Positions 18,151-27,450 of a DNA stretch of 64,000 bases are shown here, piece after piece; position 1 is the first letter of the stretch; each line of letters opens with the position of its first letter. The stretch is taken from the IMG/VR virus record IMGVR_UViG_3300025010_002040. The stretch is one strand, 5' to 3'. Below the pieces are notes generated by a model. It had not been told where the DNA came from. It saw only the letters and a list, made by a program, of their open reading frames with translations, and ran no database searches. This DNA is from an uncultured virus (IMG/VR IMGVR_UViG_3300025010_002040) (lineage: Duplodnaviria > Heunggongvirae > Uroviricota > Caudoviricetes). Made by a program: the position numbers and the translations under genes.

Positions 18151-19794
18151 TTATAGCATATTTTCGTAATCTATCTTATACCTATTAAGAACTGCATAAG
18201 CAATAATCAAAGCTACTGTTCCATCAATTCGCTTGTATTTGGAGTTAAGTTTCGAAGGTTGAATATTGCCATTTAAGTCAACTTTGGCTTGGGTGTTAGA
18301 CAAACACCATTTCAAGATCGGATTATTGTCGTAGTTGATAAGCTTATTCTTTAGGTCTGCTTCCAGTTGTTTCATTGGTTCCGATAAAGAGTAGACACCT
18401 TGACGAACCTTCTCCATATTAAATCCTAGCTCTTCCATTTCTTTAATCCAATATTGAGAATTCCAGGGGTCGAATCCTACCCAGAGAGGTCTAATTTGGT
18501 GCTCTTGAATCATCTTCATAAACCATTGAGTCACCAATGAAAAATCATTTTGACTGCCTTCAGTTAGTGTAATAAAACCTCTTCTAATCCATATATCATA
18601 CGGGACATTGTCTTCTTCCATACGTTTCTTAACAACATCACTCGGCATAAAGAAATGTGATAACACATACTTCTTGTTGTCATCCTTCTTCTGAATGATT
18701 AGGATTGCTGCTGTTAGGTCAGTTGTTGATGATAAATCGACACCAGCAATTGCATATGAATTCTTCAGAGTGCTTAGTTCATACTTAGCTTCATTGTTTA
18801 AATCATCAAAAGATAACCATGCACCTTGATCGACTTGCTTGATATTGAAATCCTTACATAACATAGTCACTCTTGTTGAGTGGTCATTTTTTGATTTGTT
18901 CATCACATCTTCGAGATACGAGGAGAGTTTTACCACACCTAAACTGGGATTAGATTTCACCCAATTCTTAGGGTCATCATATATTTCTTGCGTGTTATCT
19001 TGGGTATATAACCAGGGAAGTACACGTTCGTCAGTGATTTCACCTTTCAGCATCTTTCTTGCATAGTCTAATTTGTTATCGAGGAATCCACCCACTGTGG
19101 TTCCTTCGGTTGTGATGATGAAGATTAGTGGTTCCTTTTTTGTTGATTGGCTCTGCTTGATGGCATCATATACTTTTGAATCAGTCATCTCATGCACTTC
19201 ATCAATACAACCCACTTCAATGTTATAACCATCTTTGTTTCTACTTTGTGCAGATAATTTCTTAATCTTGTTCTTTGTTTTCGGAGAATAGATGAAGAAT
19301 ATATTCTTTTTACTACGTTTCTCATTTGATAGAGTAGGTGACTGTTCACGCATGTTATTGATTTCTTCAAAGAGAATGTTCGCTTGCTCACTCGTGTTTG
19401 AAGCACATACGATATCAACTCCACCTTTGGAAAGAAAGAATTCAGCAAGGTCAATCCCAGCGATGAAGGTTGTCTTTCCATTCTTACGTGCAATCAGTAA
19501 TATGACTTCATTAAATCGTCTTAATCCAGACTCAGCAATCTTAAACCCATAGGCAGTTTGAATGATTGCTTTTTCCCAAAGTTCTAAAATGAATGGTTGT
19601 CCATTGAATGGGGACTTCGTATGCTTGCAGAAGGTTTCGATAAAATCGATTCTCATGTTTCCTGGCTTTTCATCAAAGTCGTATCGAGGATTAACCATAT
19701 CATCCATCAGTTTTCGAAGAGTGCTCTTTAATTCCTCTCCAGCTAGTATTTCATTGGACATCACTTTCTGGTAGTACTCAATTAAATAGTTCAT
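18151..19794 (-). CDS. terL: Terminase large subunit
   Basis: ARKNGKT Walker A, CIDEVH Walker B, GVDLS and RIDG nuclease motifs. Confidence 0.95.
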   Translation of the reverse strand: MNYLIEYYQKVMSNEILAGEELKSTLRKLMDDMVNPRYDFDEKPGNMRIDFIETFCKHTKSPFNGQPFILELWEKAIIQTAYGFKIAESGLRRFNEVILLIARKNGKTTFIAGIDLAEFFLSKGGVDIVCASNTSEQANILFEEINNMREQSPTLSNEKRSKKNIFFIYSPKTKNKIKKLSAQSRNKDGYNIEVGCIDEVHEMTDSKVYDAIKQSQSTKKEPLIFIITTEGTTVGGFLDNKLDYARKMLKGEITDERVLPWLYTQDNTQEIYDDPKNWVKSNPSLGVVKLSSYLEDVMNKSKNDHSTRVTMLCKDFNIKQVDQGAWLSFDDLNNEAKYELSTLKNSYAIAGVDLSSTTDLTAAILIIQKKDDNKKYVLSHFFMPSDVVKKRMEEDNVPYDIWIRRGFITLTEGSQNDFSLVTQWFMKMIQEHQIRPLWVGFDPWNSQYWIKEMEELGFNMEKVRQGVYSLSEPMKQLEADLKNKLINYDNNPILKWCLSNTQAKVDLNGNIQPSKLNSKYKRIDGTVALIIAYAVLNRYKIDYENML

Positions 19795-20129
19795 GCCATA
19801 TTCGCCTTCTTGAGAAACTCATCAAACGCATCATCGCCATCAATTACGTTCTTTCCCATGATTGAATTGAGTGTTTTGATAACTGTTCCATACGAGTTGA
19901 TAAGTTTAGTGTAGTACTTAGCTGCTTCTGTTTGTCTTTGAGCACCTTTGCTTGAAACTTGAACAGCTCCATACTTCCTTATCTGTTCTTGAAGGACCCC
20001 AAGTTCAACCTTCATAAATGCAGCCTGCTCAATAAGGTTATCGACTAGTTGGGTTTTGGTCTCATCGACCGATGAAAAAAGCGACCGAAGTCGCTCAATC
20101 TCAATATTCACATCTTTTATTTTAGACAT
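19791..20129 (-). CDS. terS: Terminase small subunit (P27-like)
   Basis: LIEQAAFM...LQEQI pattern; directly upstream of terL. Confidence 0.75.
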   Translation of the reverse strand: MSKIKDVNIEIERLRSLFSSVDETKTQLVDNLIEQAAFMKVELGVLQEQIRKYGAVQVSSKGAQRQTEAAKYYTKLINSYGTVIKTLNSIMGKNVIDGDDAFDEFLKKANMA

Positions 20130-20142
20130 TTCAGTTCCTCAC

Positions 20143-20334
20143 TCAGTTGACTCTTTCAACTACCTCAGAGTTTATGACTTCAATCAAATCTTCTTCTGGA
20201 ATGATTGCTAATCCACCCCAAGTTCCATGTAGTTGATCAAGTCCATCTATGTATTCGATGACTCCTTCACGACCGTTGTAATGGTCTTCACCCTTCATGT
20301 TAATGATTCTAATTTTATCTCCAATTTTATACAC
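20143..20334 (-). CDS. DUF4314-like small protein
   Basis: GDKIRIINM...G.IEYID..QLHGTWG.LAIIP pattern; GTG start after GGAGG. Confidence 0.65.
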   Translation of the reverse strand: MYKIGDKIRIINMKGEDHYNGREGVIEYIDGLDQLHGTWGGLAIIPEEDLIEVINSEVVERVN

Positions 20335-20359
20335 ACCGATTACCTCCAATGATTAGTAA

Positions 20360-20393
20360 TATAAATCACTCTAAAGAGGACAAATAGCAAGTA
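20360..20393 (-). promoter_or_regulatory. Conserved phage promoter motif, copy 1
   Basis: ACTTGCTATT...TTTAGAGTGATTTATAT; related copies at 25080-25114 and 39657-39690. Confidence 0.6.
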
Positions 20394-20413
20394 AAAAAGC
20401 CACTTAAGTGACT

Positions 20414-21727
20414 TTATTTTGACAAACCATAGTTTTGCTTTTCTCTTTTTACTACCACTAGATAAAACATTTCGAGTTGATGCTTCATTTCATAAAGTAC
20501 ATTCAATTTGTAAAAAAGTTTAAGACACAAGACTCCAAATTCAACAAAATATAATGAGTTAATTCTCTCTTTATCTTTGTTTTTATCAATGAAGTTAATC
20601 CTCTGATTAATCACATCCATGTTAAACGTCCTATGAGCAATCGCATTGCGTATGTTATTGTTCACTACGGATTTATATGTGTGTCCAAATACTTCTGAAC
20701 CATTTACAAGTTGATTTACTTTATTATATTTTGATCCCACACTATTAACTGTTTCATCAAAATCAAAGCCTTTTCTATTACTAAAAGAATCATACTTCTG
20801 TCTATGCATAATATTGTTTATTCCTATTATTAGGTCGCAATGATCACAATATGTTTCGTACATATTCATGTAGAAATCAACTAGATTTTCATAAGATACA
20901 GTAGTTACTCCAAGCTCGTTAAGGTCAAAACGATCAATGATTTCATAATTATTTACGATCGGGATTAAAAGCGGAAACAAATCAATAAACTCTTCAGTTA
21001 ACTTCAAGATTTTGATATCAAAGTCTAGAAACTTGTTTTTTCCATACAAATAACTACTGAAACGTGCAATTTCAGGATAAAGAAACGTTTTCCCATGGAC
21101 GGTGATGCGGACTTTATCAGCCTCGATAAAAGTTTGCTTGTTTATTAATCCACTTAACCAATATTTTCTTGCGTGATGAAGAATTAATCTAGCATCAATT
21201 CTTGATTTAGCAGCATATATATAATCTCCACTTTTTAGAATACTAGTATAAGGATCATCCTTTTCAAGATTCTGAATCAAAATATCAATCTTATTATTAA
21301 TCCAAAGATTATTCAAATTTTTCATAGAATTTTTCATCCTTAAAAGATCATCATACGATTTATGAAGTGATTGAAGATTCAACACAGATTCTTCACCACC
21401 CAACATCATCATCCTTAAAAATGGTGTTATATCAGGTATATCGTCATCTTTACGAAGTTTTCTCTGAAAAAATTCTGCAGATAATTCGGCAACATAGATA
21501 GGTTTGTCATTTGATTTATGAACATTTTTTATCTGATACTGAAACCATTCGTTTTGATCTAAACTAAGGGGTCCATCATCATTTGGAATTCTAATTGTTC
21601 CACTTATTAGTGTTGAACAAACAGGACAATGTATATTCACAGGAATATCATAATGATCCACCTGAAATCTCAATCTAATAGGTGTATTGCATATTGAGCA
21701 ATTACAAATGTAATTATGCACCATCAA
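20414..21727 (-). CDS. Moron; Zn-ribbon plus HEPN-like protein, putative defence RNase
   Basis: N-terminal CSIC...CPVC; C-terminal RNAIAH (Rx4H). Confidence 0.6.
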   Translation of the reverse strand: MMVHNYICNCSICNTPIRLRFQVDHYDIPVNIHCPVCSTLISGTIRIPNDDGPLSLDQNEWFQYQIKNVHKSNDKPIYVAELSAEFFQRKLRKDDDIPDITPFLRMMMLGGEESVLNLQSLHKSYDDLLRMKNSMKNLNNLWINNKIDILIQNLEKDDPYTSILKSGDYIYAAKSRIDARLILHHARKYWLSGLINKQTFIEADKVRITVHGKTFLYPEIARFSSYLYGKNKFLDFDIKILKLTEEFIDLFPLLIPIVNNYEIIDRFDLNELGVTTVSYENLVDFYMNMYETYCDHCDLIIGINNIMHRQKYDSFSNRKGFDFDETVNSVGSKYNKVNQLVNGSEVFGHTYKSVVNNNIRNAIAHRTFNMDVINQRINFIDKNKDKERINSLYFVEFGVLCLKLFYKLNVLYEMKHQLEMFYLVVVKREKQNYGLSK

Positions 21728-21749
21728 AAATCACTTCCTCACTTTAACA

Positions 21750-21832
21750 TTTTCAAAAATTTTGCCTTCCATTTTTTGTTTGCCACCCTGTACGGTACCC
21801 TTTTGAATTACTCATAATTAAGAAGGGGGGGA
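21750..21832. other. Candidate cos/packaging site
   Basis: GC-rich CCCCCCC...GGGTACCGTACAGGGTGG...ATTTTTGAAAA (minus strand) in the non-coding gap between HNH and terS, the usual cos position. Confidence 0.45.
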
Positions 21833-22414
21833 TCAATTTAATGCACTAATTCTTAATTTCATTGTTTGAATATAAATATTTTTCTTCTTAATCTCATCAC
21901 TGTTATTTGGAACTATTTCATTGAATCTATCTATCAAATAATTCAACGAGTTTATGTATGTGTTTTTATTTCTCAGTAATCCTAATGCTTCTAAATCAGC
22001 AGAATGTTCATTTTGATTTACAATATTAGCTAGGGCTTCCTGTTCTTTATCTTCATATGATTGTAATGGGAATTTTTTTCCTTTAATCTCAGAAACAATA
22101 TGACCTAATTCATGTGCTATGTAACATCTATATTTCTGGTCATTAATCTTCATGTAGCATTCATAATCAAACATGATAATGTATTCATCATCCTTTTTTG
22201 TTTCTGCAATGAAAGGAATAACGGTTTCATCTTCAGTATCTTCTTTAACCGCAAGCACGACACAAATATCATTGTATTCCAAATAACCAATCTCTAGTAC
22301 ATTGAACTTAGAATCTTCAGATTCCTTAATTTCGAATATTCTTTGAAATTCATTTCTAAATTTTACTTTAATTGGACCTATATTAAAATCCAACCTCTTT
22401 TTTTGTGGTTGCAT
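21833..22414 (-). CDS. Moron; HExxH zinc metallopeptidase (ImmA/IrrE-like)
   Basis: IAHELGH and downstream EHSAD motifs. Confidence 0.65.
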   Translation of the reverse strand: MQPQKKRLDFNIGPIKVKFRNEFQRIFEIKESEDSKFNVLEIGYLEYNDICVVLAVKEDTEDETVIPFIAETKKDDEYIIMFDYECYMKINDQKYRCYIAHELGHIVSEIKGKKFPLQSYEDKEQEALANIVNQNEHSADLEALGLLRNKNTYINSLNYLIDRFNEIVPNNSDEIKKKNIYIQTMKLRISALN

Positions 22415-22458
22415 GATTTCACCTGCTTTTATAAACATTATATCAAAAAATGTTTACT

Positions 22459-22755
22459 TTAATTAGGTTTTTCTGGATTTATTAGGTTGCCATCTACATC
22501 AAATCGAATCTTATTATTGAATCTGTCATGTTCCTTATTATGGCATTCTCTACAAAGTAATTCCAAGTTCTCTTGATTAAAACTAATCGATGAGTCATTA
22601 ACATTCTCAATGGTCAGTCTTTCTTTGTGGTGAACTTCGATTCCGATTTGTCCACATCGCTCACAAAGCCCATTTACTGACATTATTTTTATTTCACGAG
22701 CAGCTAGCCATGCGGGTGACTTATAGAAGTTATGCAGAACCTTTGGCTTTTTCAT
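22459..22755 (-). CDS. Packaging-associated HNH endonuclease
   Basis: FYKSPAW, CERC, VHH and NLELLCRECHNKEH motifs. Confidence 0.9.
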   Translation of the reverse strand: MKKPKVLHNFYKSPAWLAAREIKIMSVNGLCERCGQIGIEVHHKERLTIENVNDSSISFNQENLELLCRECHNKEHDRFNNKIRFDVDGNLINPEKPN

Positions 22756-23869
22756 ATGCTTCTTTTAGCTCTGCTGCTTTTGCTTCTACATGCTCCCATC
22801 GGACAGGTAAATCTTCGCGACCCATGTGTCCATAGGCTGCTAACTTTTGAAACTTCACTGTTTCAAACTCTAGTTCTTTCCTAATGTTTCCTGGTGTGAA
22901 GTTAAAGTATTGTTTAACCAACTCAAGCAAGTCTTCATCGGATAATTTCCCAGTTCCTAAGGTATCGATCGAGACAGCGATTGGATTTGCTACTCCAATG
23001 GAATAGGACACACAAACTTCGCACGTGTCGGCCAATTCTGCCGCTACAACGGCTTTTGCTACATATCTGGCATAATAACTCGCACTGCGATCAACCTTGC
23101 TTACGTCCTTACCAGAAAAGGCACCACCACCATGCTTTGCATATCCACCATAAGTATCTACGATTATCTTTCTGCCAGTTAATCCTGAATCACCATAAGG
23201 ACCACCAATGATGAATGCACCTGTAGGATTAATTAGAACATTGATACTAGTCAGATCCTTGCTGATCATTGGTTTGAGTACTTCCTCAATAATGATTTCT
23301 TTTGCGAGTGATAGGCTTGCTCCTGGTCTTGTTTGGGCTGAAACAATAATCGTGTCGTATGCAAAAGGTTGACCATCTACATATCTTACCGATACTTGGC
23401 ACTTACCATCTGGACCAAAGATGTGGTTGTACTTAGCTTTTCTAAGTGCATCTACTTCTTTAGCAATCTCATGTGCAACTACAATCGGAAGTGGCATGAG
23501 CTCAGGAGTTTCATTGCATGCAAAACCATACATCATCCCCTGATCACCAGCACCCTGTTGATGATCTAGCGTTTCATTGACACCCTGTGCAATGTCTGGT
23601 GATTGTTTGGATATCTTTTCTAGGACACAAAACGTATCGTCATATCCGATGTCCTTGAGTACTTGTTTTGCAATATCTGAGTATTGAACGTTAGCTGTTG
23701 TTGTTACCTCTCCAAAGATAACAACTAAGTCATCTTTGATAGCTGTTTCAACTGCTACTCTTGCTGATTGATCTTGTTCAAAAATGGCATCCAGTATTGC
23801 ATCACTGATTTGGTCACAGATTTTATCTGGATGTCCACTAAAGACCGATTCGCTTGTTATGATTTTCAT
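22730..23869 (-). CDS. metK: S-adenosylmethionine synthetase (phage-borne)
   Basis: SESVFSGHPDKICDQISD, GAGDQG and GGGAFSGKD motifs. Confidence 0.97.
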   Translation of the reverse strand: MKIITSESVFSGHPDKICDQISDAILDAIFEQDQSARVAVETAIKDDLVVIFGEVTTTANVQYSDIAKQVLKDIGYDDTFCVLEKISKQSPDIAQGVNETLDHQQGAGDQGMMYGFACNETPELMPLPIVVAHEIAKEVDALRKAKYNHIFGPDGKCQVSVRYVDGQPFAYDTIIVSAQTRPGASLSLAKEIIIEEVLKPMISKDLTSINVLINPTGAFIIGGPYGDSGLTGRKIIVDTYGGYAKHGGGAFSGKDVSKVDRSASYYARYVAKAVVAAELADTCEVCVSYSIGVANPIAVSIDTLGTGKLSDEDLLELVKQYFNFTPGNIRKELEFETVKFQKLAAYGHMGREDLPVRWEHVEAKAAELKEAYEKAKGSA

Positions 23870-23936
23870 GTTGTCCTCTTTTCTAGCAAGAAAAAGGAAG
23901 CACTTAGCCTCCTTGGTCTGCTTTGATTTGACTGTG

Positions 23937-24233
23937 TTATTTTATTGCTGCTTTTGGTAAGTATGCAGTGTACCTTGCGTAATGATATCCTTCGCTTTCG
24001 ACTAAAATACCAAAATCGTGTGAATCAGATGTAACGAAGATACAGTGAAATACTTCTTCTTGGTCACAGTACATATGCTCTAGATTTTCTTTGATGAAAT
24101 CGTAGTCATTCAGTGGATCCTTGATGAAGCATTCAAATAAATCTTTATCAATGACCACTTGTTTATCAATAACAAACTCATCATTAGGTATGAGTTCTGT
24201 TGATGTTGCTTTGCGTATAAAATTTGTTTTCAT
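23937..24233 (-). CDS. Conserved small phage protein (DUF6329-like)
   Basis: GILVESEGYHYARY motif. Confidence 0.6.
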   Translation of the reverse strand: MKTNFIRKATSTELIPNDEFVIDKQVVIDKDLFECFIKDPLNDYDFIKENLEHMYCDQEEVFHCIFVTSDSHDFGILVESEGYHYARYTAYLPKAAIK

Positions 24234-24245
24234 ATTGTTGTCCTT

Positions 24246-24632
24246 CTAGTCGATTTTCCAAGCGGTATAGACGCTTCGGTAAGTGCAATCCCAAGTATCT
24301 AGAATAACGCCATCTTTACATACTGTAACATGGCCAGTCATCTTCAAAACATATGTCCCGCGCGTATAGAGACCGGTAAAAGTGGAACCCTTGATTCGAG
24401 GTTCTCCCTTGATTGCTTTAAAGATCAACCGAGGTTTTCCTTCGAAGTATTTGTACAAAAACTCAGTATCTTTATAACTTGTGAACTTCCATTCTCGTTT
24501 GAGTTGATTGAGTTCTCGTCTGCATTCCATGTAGTCTTTATTCATGGCTGTGCTAATCGCTCTTACCACACAGTCAGTTGTTTTGATTCCCTTTGGGTGT
24601 GCATTGTATTCTTGGAACATTACTTTGACCAC
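24246..24632 (-). CDS. Hypothetical phage protein, possible papain-like fold
   Basis: DCVVRAI...GHVT...DTWD pattern. Confidence 0.6.
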   Translation of the reverse strand: MVKVMFQEYNAHPKGIKTTDCVVRAISTAMNKDYMECRRELNQLKREWKFTSYKDTEFLYKYFEGKPRLIFKAIKGEPRIKGSTFTGLYTRGTYVLKMTGHVTVCKDGVILDTWDCTYRSVYTAWKID

Positions 24633-25048
24633 CCTTTATTGAACCACTTCACAAGCTCTCTGGAGGAGTTGGTTTGAAACACTGGCTTTTCGAAACCATC
24701 AAGTCTTTCAAAGACTGTATACTTGAAGTCGTTCCACACACAATCAATTTGAACAACGAATAGGTTGTTATTGGTTTCGTTGTCTGCGATTCTGAAATCA
24801 TCATAGAGTGGACCATTGAGTGGGCAGTTGTTCTTGAACCAAACATAACTTGTTTCAAGGTCTACCTTTCCACCAGCTTTGAATTGCTTGATGATGTTAC
24901 CCATCTTTATTGTTTTGTTTACTAGACTTGAATCTCGACAAAACCAATCGAACCAACCTGCCTTGATTTGAGTTGTTGAATCAGGCTTATCGAACTCACC
25001 TGACTTAAATCTTTGAATCCATTCAGATAACTTGATTTGTTTATCCAT
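24620..25048 (-). CDS. Hypothetical phage protein
   Basis: AGWFDWFC...FKNNCP..GPLYDDFRI motif. Confidence 0.65.
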   Translation of the reverse strand: MDKQIKLSEWIQRFKSGEFDKPDSTTQIKAGWFDWFCRDSSLVNKTIKMGNIIKQFKAGGKVDLETSYVWFKNNCPLNGPLYDDFRIADNETNNNLFVVQIDCVWNDFKYTVFERLDGFEKPVFQTNSSRELVKWFNKGWSK

Positions 25049-25079
25049 CTTGTGACCTACTTTCTACCTTTTGGTATGT

Positions 25080-25114
25080 ATATATATCACTCTAAAGACC
25101 TTTTATATCAAGTC
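25080..25114 (-). promoter_or_regulatory. Conserved phage promoter motif, copy 2
   Basis: ACTTGATAT...TTTAGAGTGATATATAT. Confidence 0.6.
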
Positions 25115-25134
25115 AATTCGACACTAAATGCTTA

Positions 25135-26346
25135 CTATAGTGATAAATTTTGAAAGTCATCAATGTCATTAAGCGATAGCTTCTTACCCTTTCGGATCAG
25201 ATAGCAATTGTCACTTGATCCTTTGTGTCTTATATATCGTTTAACTATCACATCGACGAATCTCTCATCAAGTTCCATTAGATAAGATTTTCTTTGAAGC
25301 TGATCGGATGCGATCATAGTTGATCCAGAACCACCGAACAAATCGAGTACATATTCATTAACTCTGGAGGAGTTTGCAATTGCTCGTCCACAAAGTTCAA
25401 GTGGTTTCATCGTTGGATGGTCATCATTTCGCTTAGGCTTGTTATATTCCCAGATGGTATCTTGTGTGCGGTCATCAATAAAGTAATGAGCTGCACCTTC
25501 TTTCCATCCGTAAAGAATAGGTTCGTGTCTCCAGTGATAATCTTGTCTACCTAGTACTAAGGCATTCTTAACCCAGACTAAGCACTCCGCCAATTTGAAT
25601 CCTGCATTCTTAAATGCATTTCTAAAGTTGATACCTTCTGTATCCGCATGACAGACATAGATGGCTCCACCAGGTTTGGTTGCTTCAAACATATTTGTGA
25701 ATGCGTCATATAAAAAAAGATAGAAGCTGTTATCTTCCATCTTGTCATTCTTAATCTTGCCAGCTGTTCCTTCATAGTCCACATTATATGGTGGATCTGT
25801 GAAGATCATATCAATCTTTTGTCCATCCAGGAGTTTTTGAACATCTTGTTTCTTAGTTGAGTCACCACACATGACTCTGTGATTATCTAATAGATAGATA
25901 TCACCTAATTCAGAATAGGGTGTTTCACTAACTTCATCAGAAGGATCGAAGTCATCATCACTCGCATTATCTGGGACATCTGACTCTAACTCTTCAAAAC
26001 CAAATTGAAGCATATCAATATCGATATTCGAGAGTTCTTCTTCTAGTTTACTAAAATCCCAAGTAGCTAGTTCTGCTGTCTTGTTATCTGCCAAACGAAA
26101 GGCCTTAATTTGCCCTTCTGTGAGGTCATCTGCAGTAATACAAGGAATAGTGGCCAATCCTAGTTTAAGGCTTGCTTTGAGCCTAGTGTGGCCGGCAATT
26201 ATTACTAGATCCTTGGTGATCACTATCGGAACCTTGAATCCGAACTCTTTGATACTATTAGCTACAGCATCGACAGCAGCATCATTATTTCTTGGGTTGT
26301 TTTCGTATATTAACAACTCCGAGGGTTTCTTCATCACTATGTTCAT
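25135..26346 (-). CDS. ParB-like domain fused to N6/N4 DNA methyltransferase
   Basis: NNPR...IIAGHTR...RLADNK (ParB-like); DPPY, HPTMKP and DLFGGSGST (beta-class MTase). Confidence 0.92.
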   Translation of the reverse strand: MNIVMKKPSELLIYENNPRNNDAAVDAVANSIKEFGFKVPIVITKDLVIIAGHTRLKASLKLGLATIPCITADDLTEGQIKAFRLADNKTAELATWDFSKLEEELSNIDIDMLQFGFEELESDVPDNASDDDFDPSDEVSETPYSELGDIYLLDNHRVMCGDSTKKQDVQKLLDGQKIDMIFTDPPYNVDYEGTAGKIKNDKMEDNSFYLFLYDAFTNMFEATKPGGAIYVCHADTEGINFRNAFKNAGFKLAECLVWVKNALVLGRQDYHWRHEPILYGWKEGAAHYFIDDRTQDTIWEYNKPKRNDDHPTMKPLELCGRAIANSSRVNEYVLDLFGGSGSTMIASDQLQRKSYLMELDERFVDVIVKRYIRHKGSSDNCYLIRKGKKLSLNDIDDFQNLSL

Positions 26347-26803
26347 TAATCCAAGTTTCCTCGCCTTTTTCTATGCGTTTAAGCATGATGTCAATTTCTT
26401 CTTTACGTTCGTTGTATTCACGTCCGAACTTTATTATTAATAAGTATTTGATAGCATTAAAATCGGGTAGAGCTTTCTTCTTAGTTTTCACAAGTCGCTT
26501 CTTTGTACCCGATGATGTTTCTTCAATGATGGTTTGTACTTCCTCATACTCCATACCAACAGCTCGTTGGAACAAGGCATCCATGAGCTTATACTTAAGT
26601 TCATCATCTCCATTGATAAATGCTTGATTTAGTCTGGGATGAGATCGTTTCAATTTGATAAGTGTGTTCTCACTTAGGTTCATGGCTTTGGCGATATCCT
26701 TTTGGATAATCCGCCTTGCTACCATATCTTGAATACTTTTTATTCGTTCATCAAGTACTCCATCAGCCTCCCATTGCTGATATGTATCCAGTACCTTTGG
26801 CAC
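26285..26803 (-). CDS. HTH DNA-binding phage protein, terminase-small-subunit-like
   Basis: QKDIAKAMNLSENTL HTH; ALFQRAVG...PDFNAIKYLL pattern. Confidence 0.65.
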   Translation of the reverse strand: MPKVLDTYQQWEADGVLDERIKSIQDMVARRIIQKDIAKAMNLSENTLIKLKRSHPRLNQAFINGDDELKYKLMDALFQRAVGMEYEEVQTIIEETSSGTKKRLVKTKKKALPDFNAIKYLLIIKFGREYNERKEEIDIMLKRIEKGEETWINEHSDEETLGVVNIRKQPKK

Positions 26804-26884
26804 ATCGATTCCAACCTTTCAGGGTTCAGTAAATTTATCAAAAACTGAAGTTATCCAAGGGTTGAATACTACATATTTTTCTGC

Positions 26885-26919
26885 AAAAGAAAAGAAACCC
26901 CCTGTTTTTGAGAGTTTCT
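26885..26919 (-). terminator. Terminator-like hairpin in the late-operon leader
   Basis: AGAAACTCTC-loop-GGGGGTTTCT followed by TTTCTTTT. Confidence 0.6.
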
Positions 26920-26962
26920 ATCTTCTAGGCTTCATCTAAAGCCAGTATTCCACGCTAATTGT

Positions 26963-26991
26963 AGTATATGAAATATGTCAATTTTTGTCTA
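26963..26991 (-). promoter_or_regulatory. Putative late promoter
   Basis: TAGACA-17 bp-TATACT. Confidence 0.6.
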
Positions 26992-27048
26992 CATGCCGGC
27001 GGCACAATAATCTTAGCAAAGTCGCGCTTTTTAACGTTTCTTGCCATA

Positions 27049-27138
27049 GTACTTGAAGCATACTTGACAACTACTTTAACCACACTTGTTATTAACTTGC
27101 CTTATAGTTGGCATTACTGTTCACAAGTATTATCGGTA
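27049..27138. repeat. 11-bp-phased array plus 24-bp box, copy A
   Basis: ACTTG-like units at 27051, 27062, 27073, 27084, 27095, 27106; then TACTGTTCACAAGTATTATCGGTA. Confidence 0.75.
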
Positions 27139-27168
27139 GCCACAATGATTTTTACTTTTAATTCTCGA

Positions 27169-27450
27169 TTAATTACTTTGAACGTTTTGAGTTTTTATAA
27201 AATCAGCCAACTCGATTACTTTAAGGTTGTAATCTGCGACTAGAGCAGTTACTAGATTAACCAATTCGTTTTCAGCCTCAGATGGATCATTAATTGTGTT
27301 TTTTAATGTTATCTCTTCTTCTAGATTCTTGCTTAGTAAAAGTTCAATGAATTTAGAAAAAGTTATAGATTCATCCATTTTGTATACTTCAATTATTTCT
27401 TGATTCATAATTGCAATTCCTTCGGTTACTCTAGATATTGTTATTTCCAT
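27169..27450 (-). CDS. Small acidic protein coupled to the PHP-ATPase
   Basis: 93 aa; overlaps the upstream gene; GGAG RBS. Confidence 0.7.
   Translation of the reverse strand: MEITISRVTEGIAIMNQEIIEVYKMDESITFSKFIELLLSKNLEEEITLKNTINDPSEAENELVNLVTALVADYNLKVIELADFIKTQNVQSN

Noticed and set aside
27049..27138. Possible CRISPR array or type III antitoxin repeats
   Set aside because: Units are 11 bp and degenerate, with no repeat-spacer structure, and there are no cas genes in the window.
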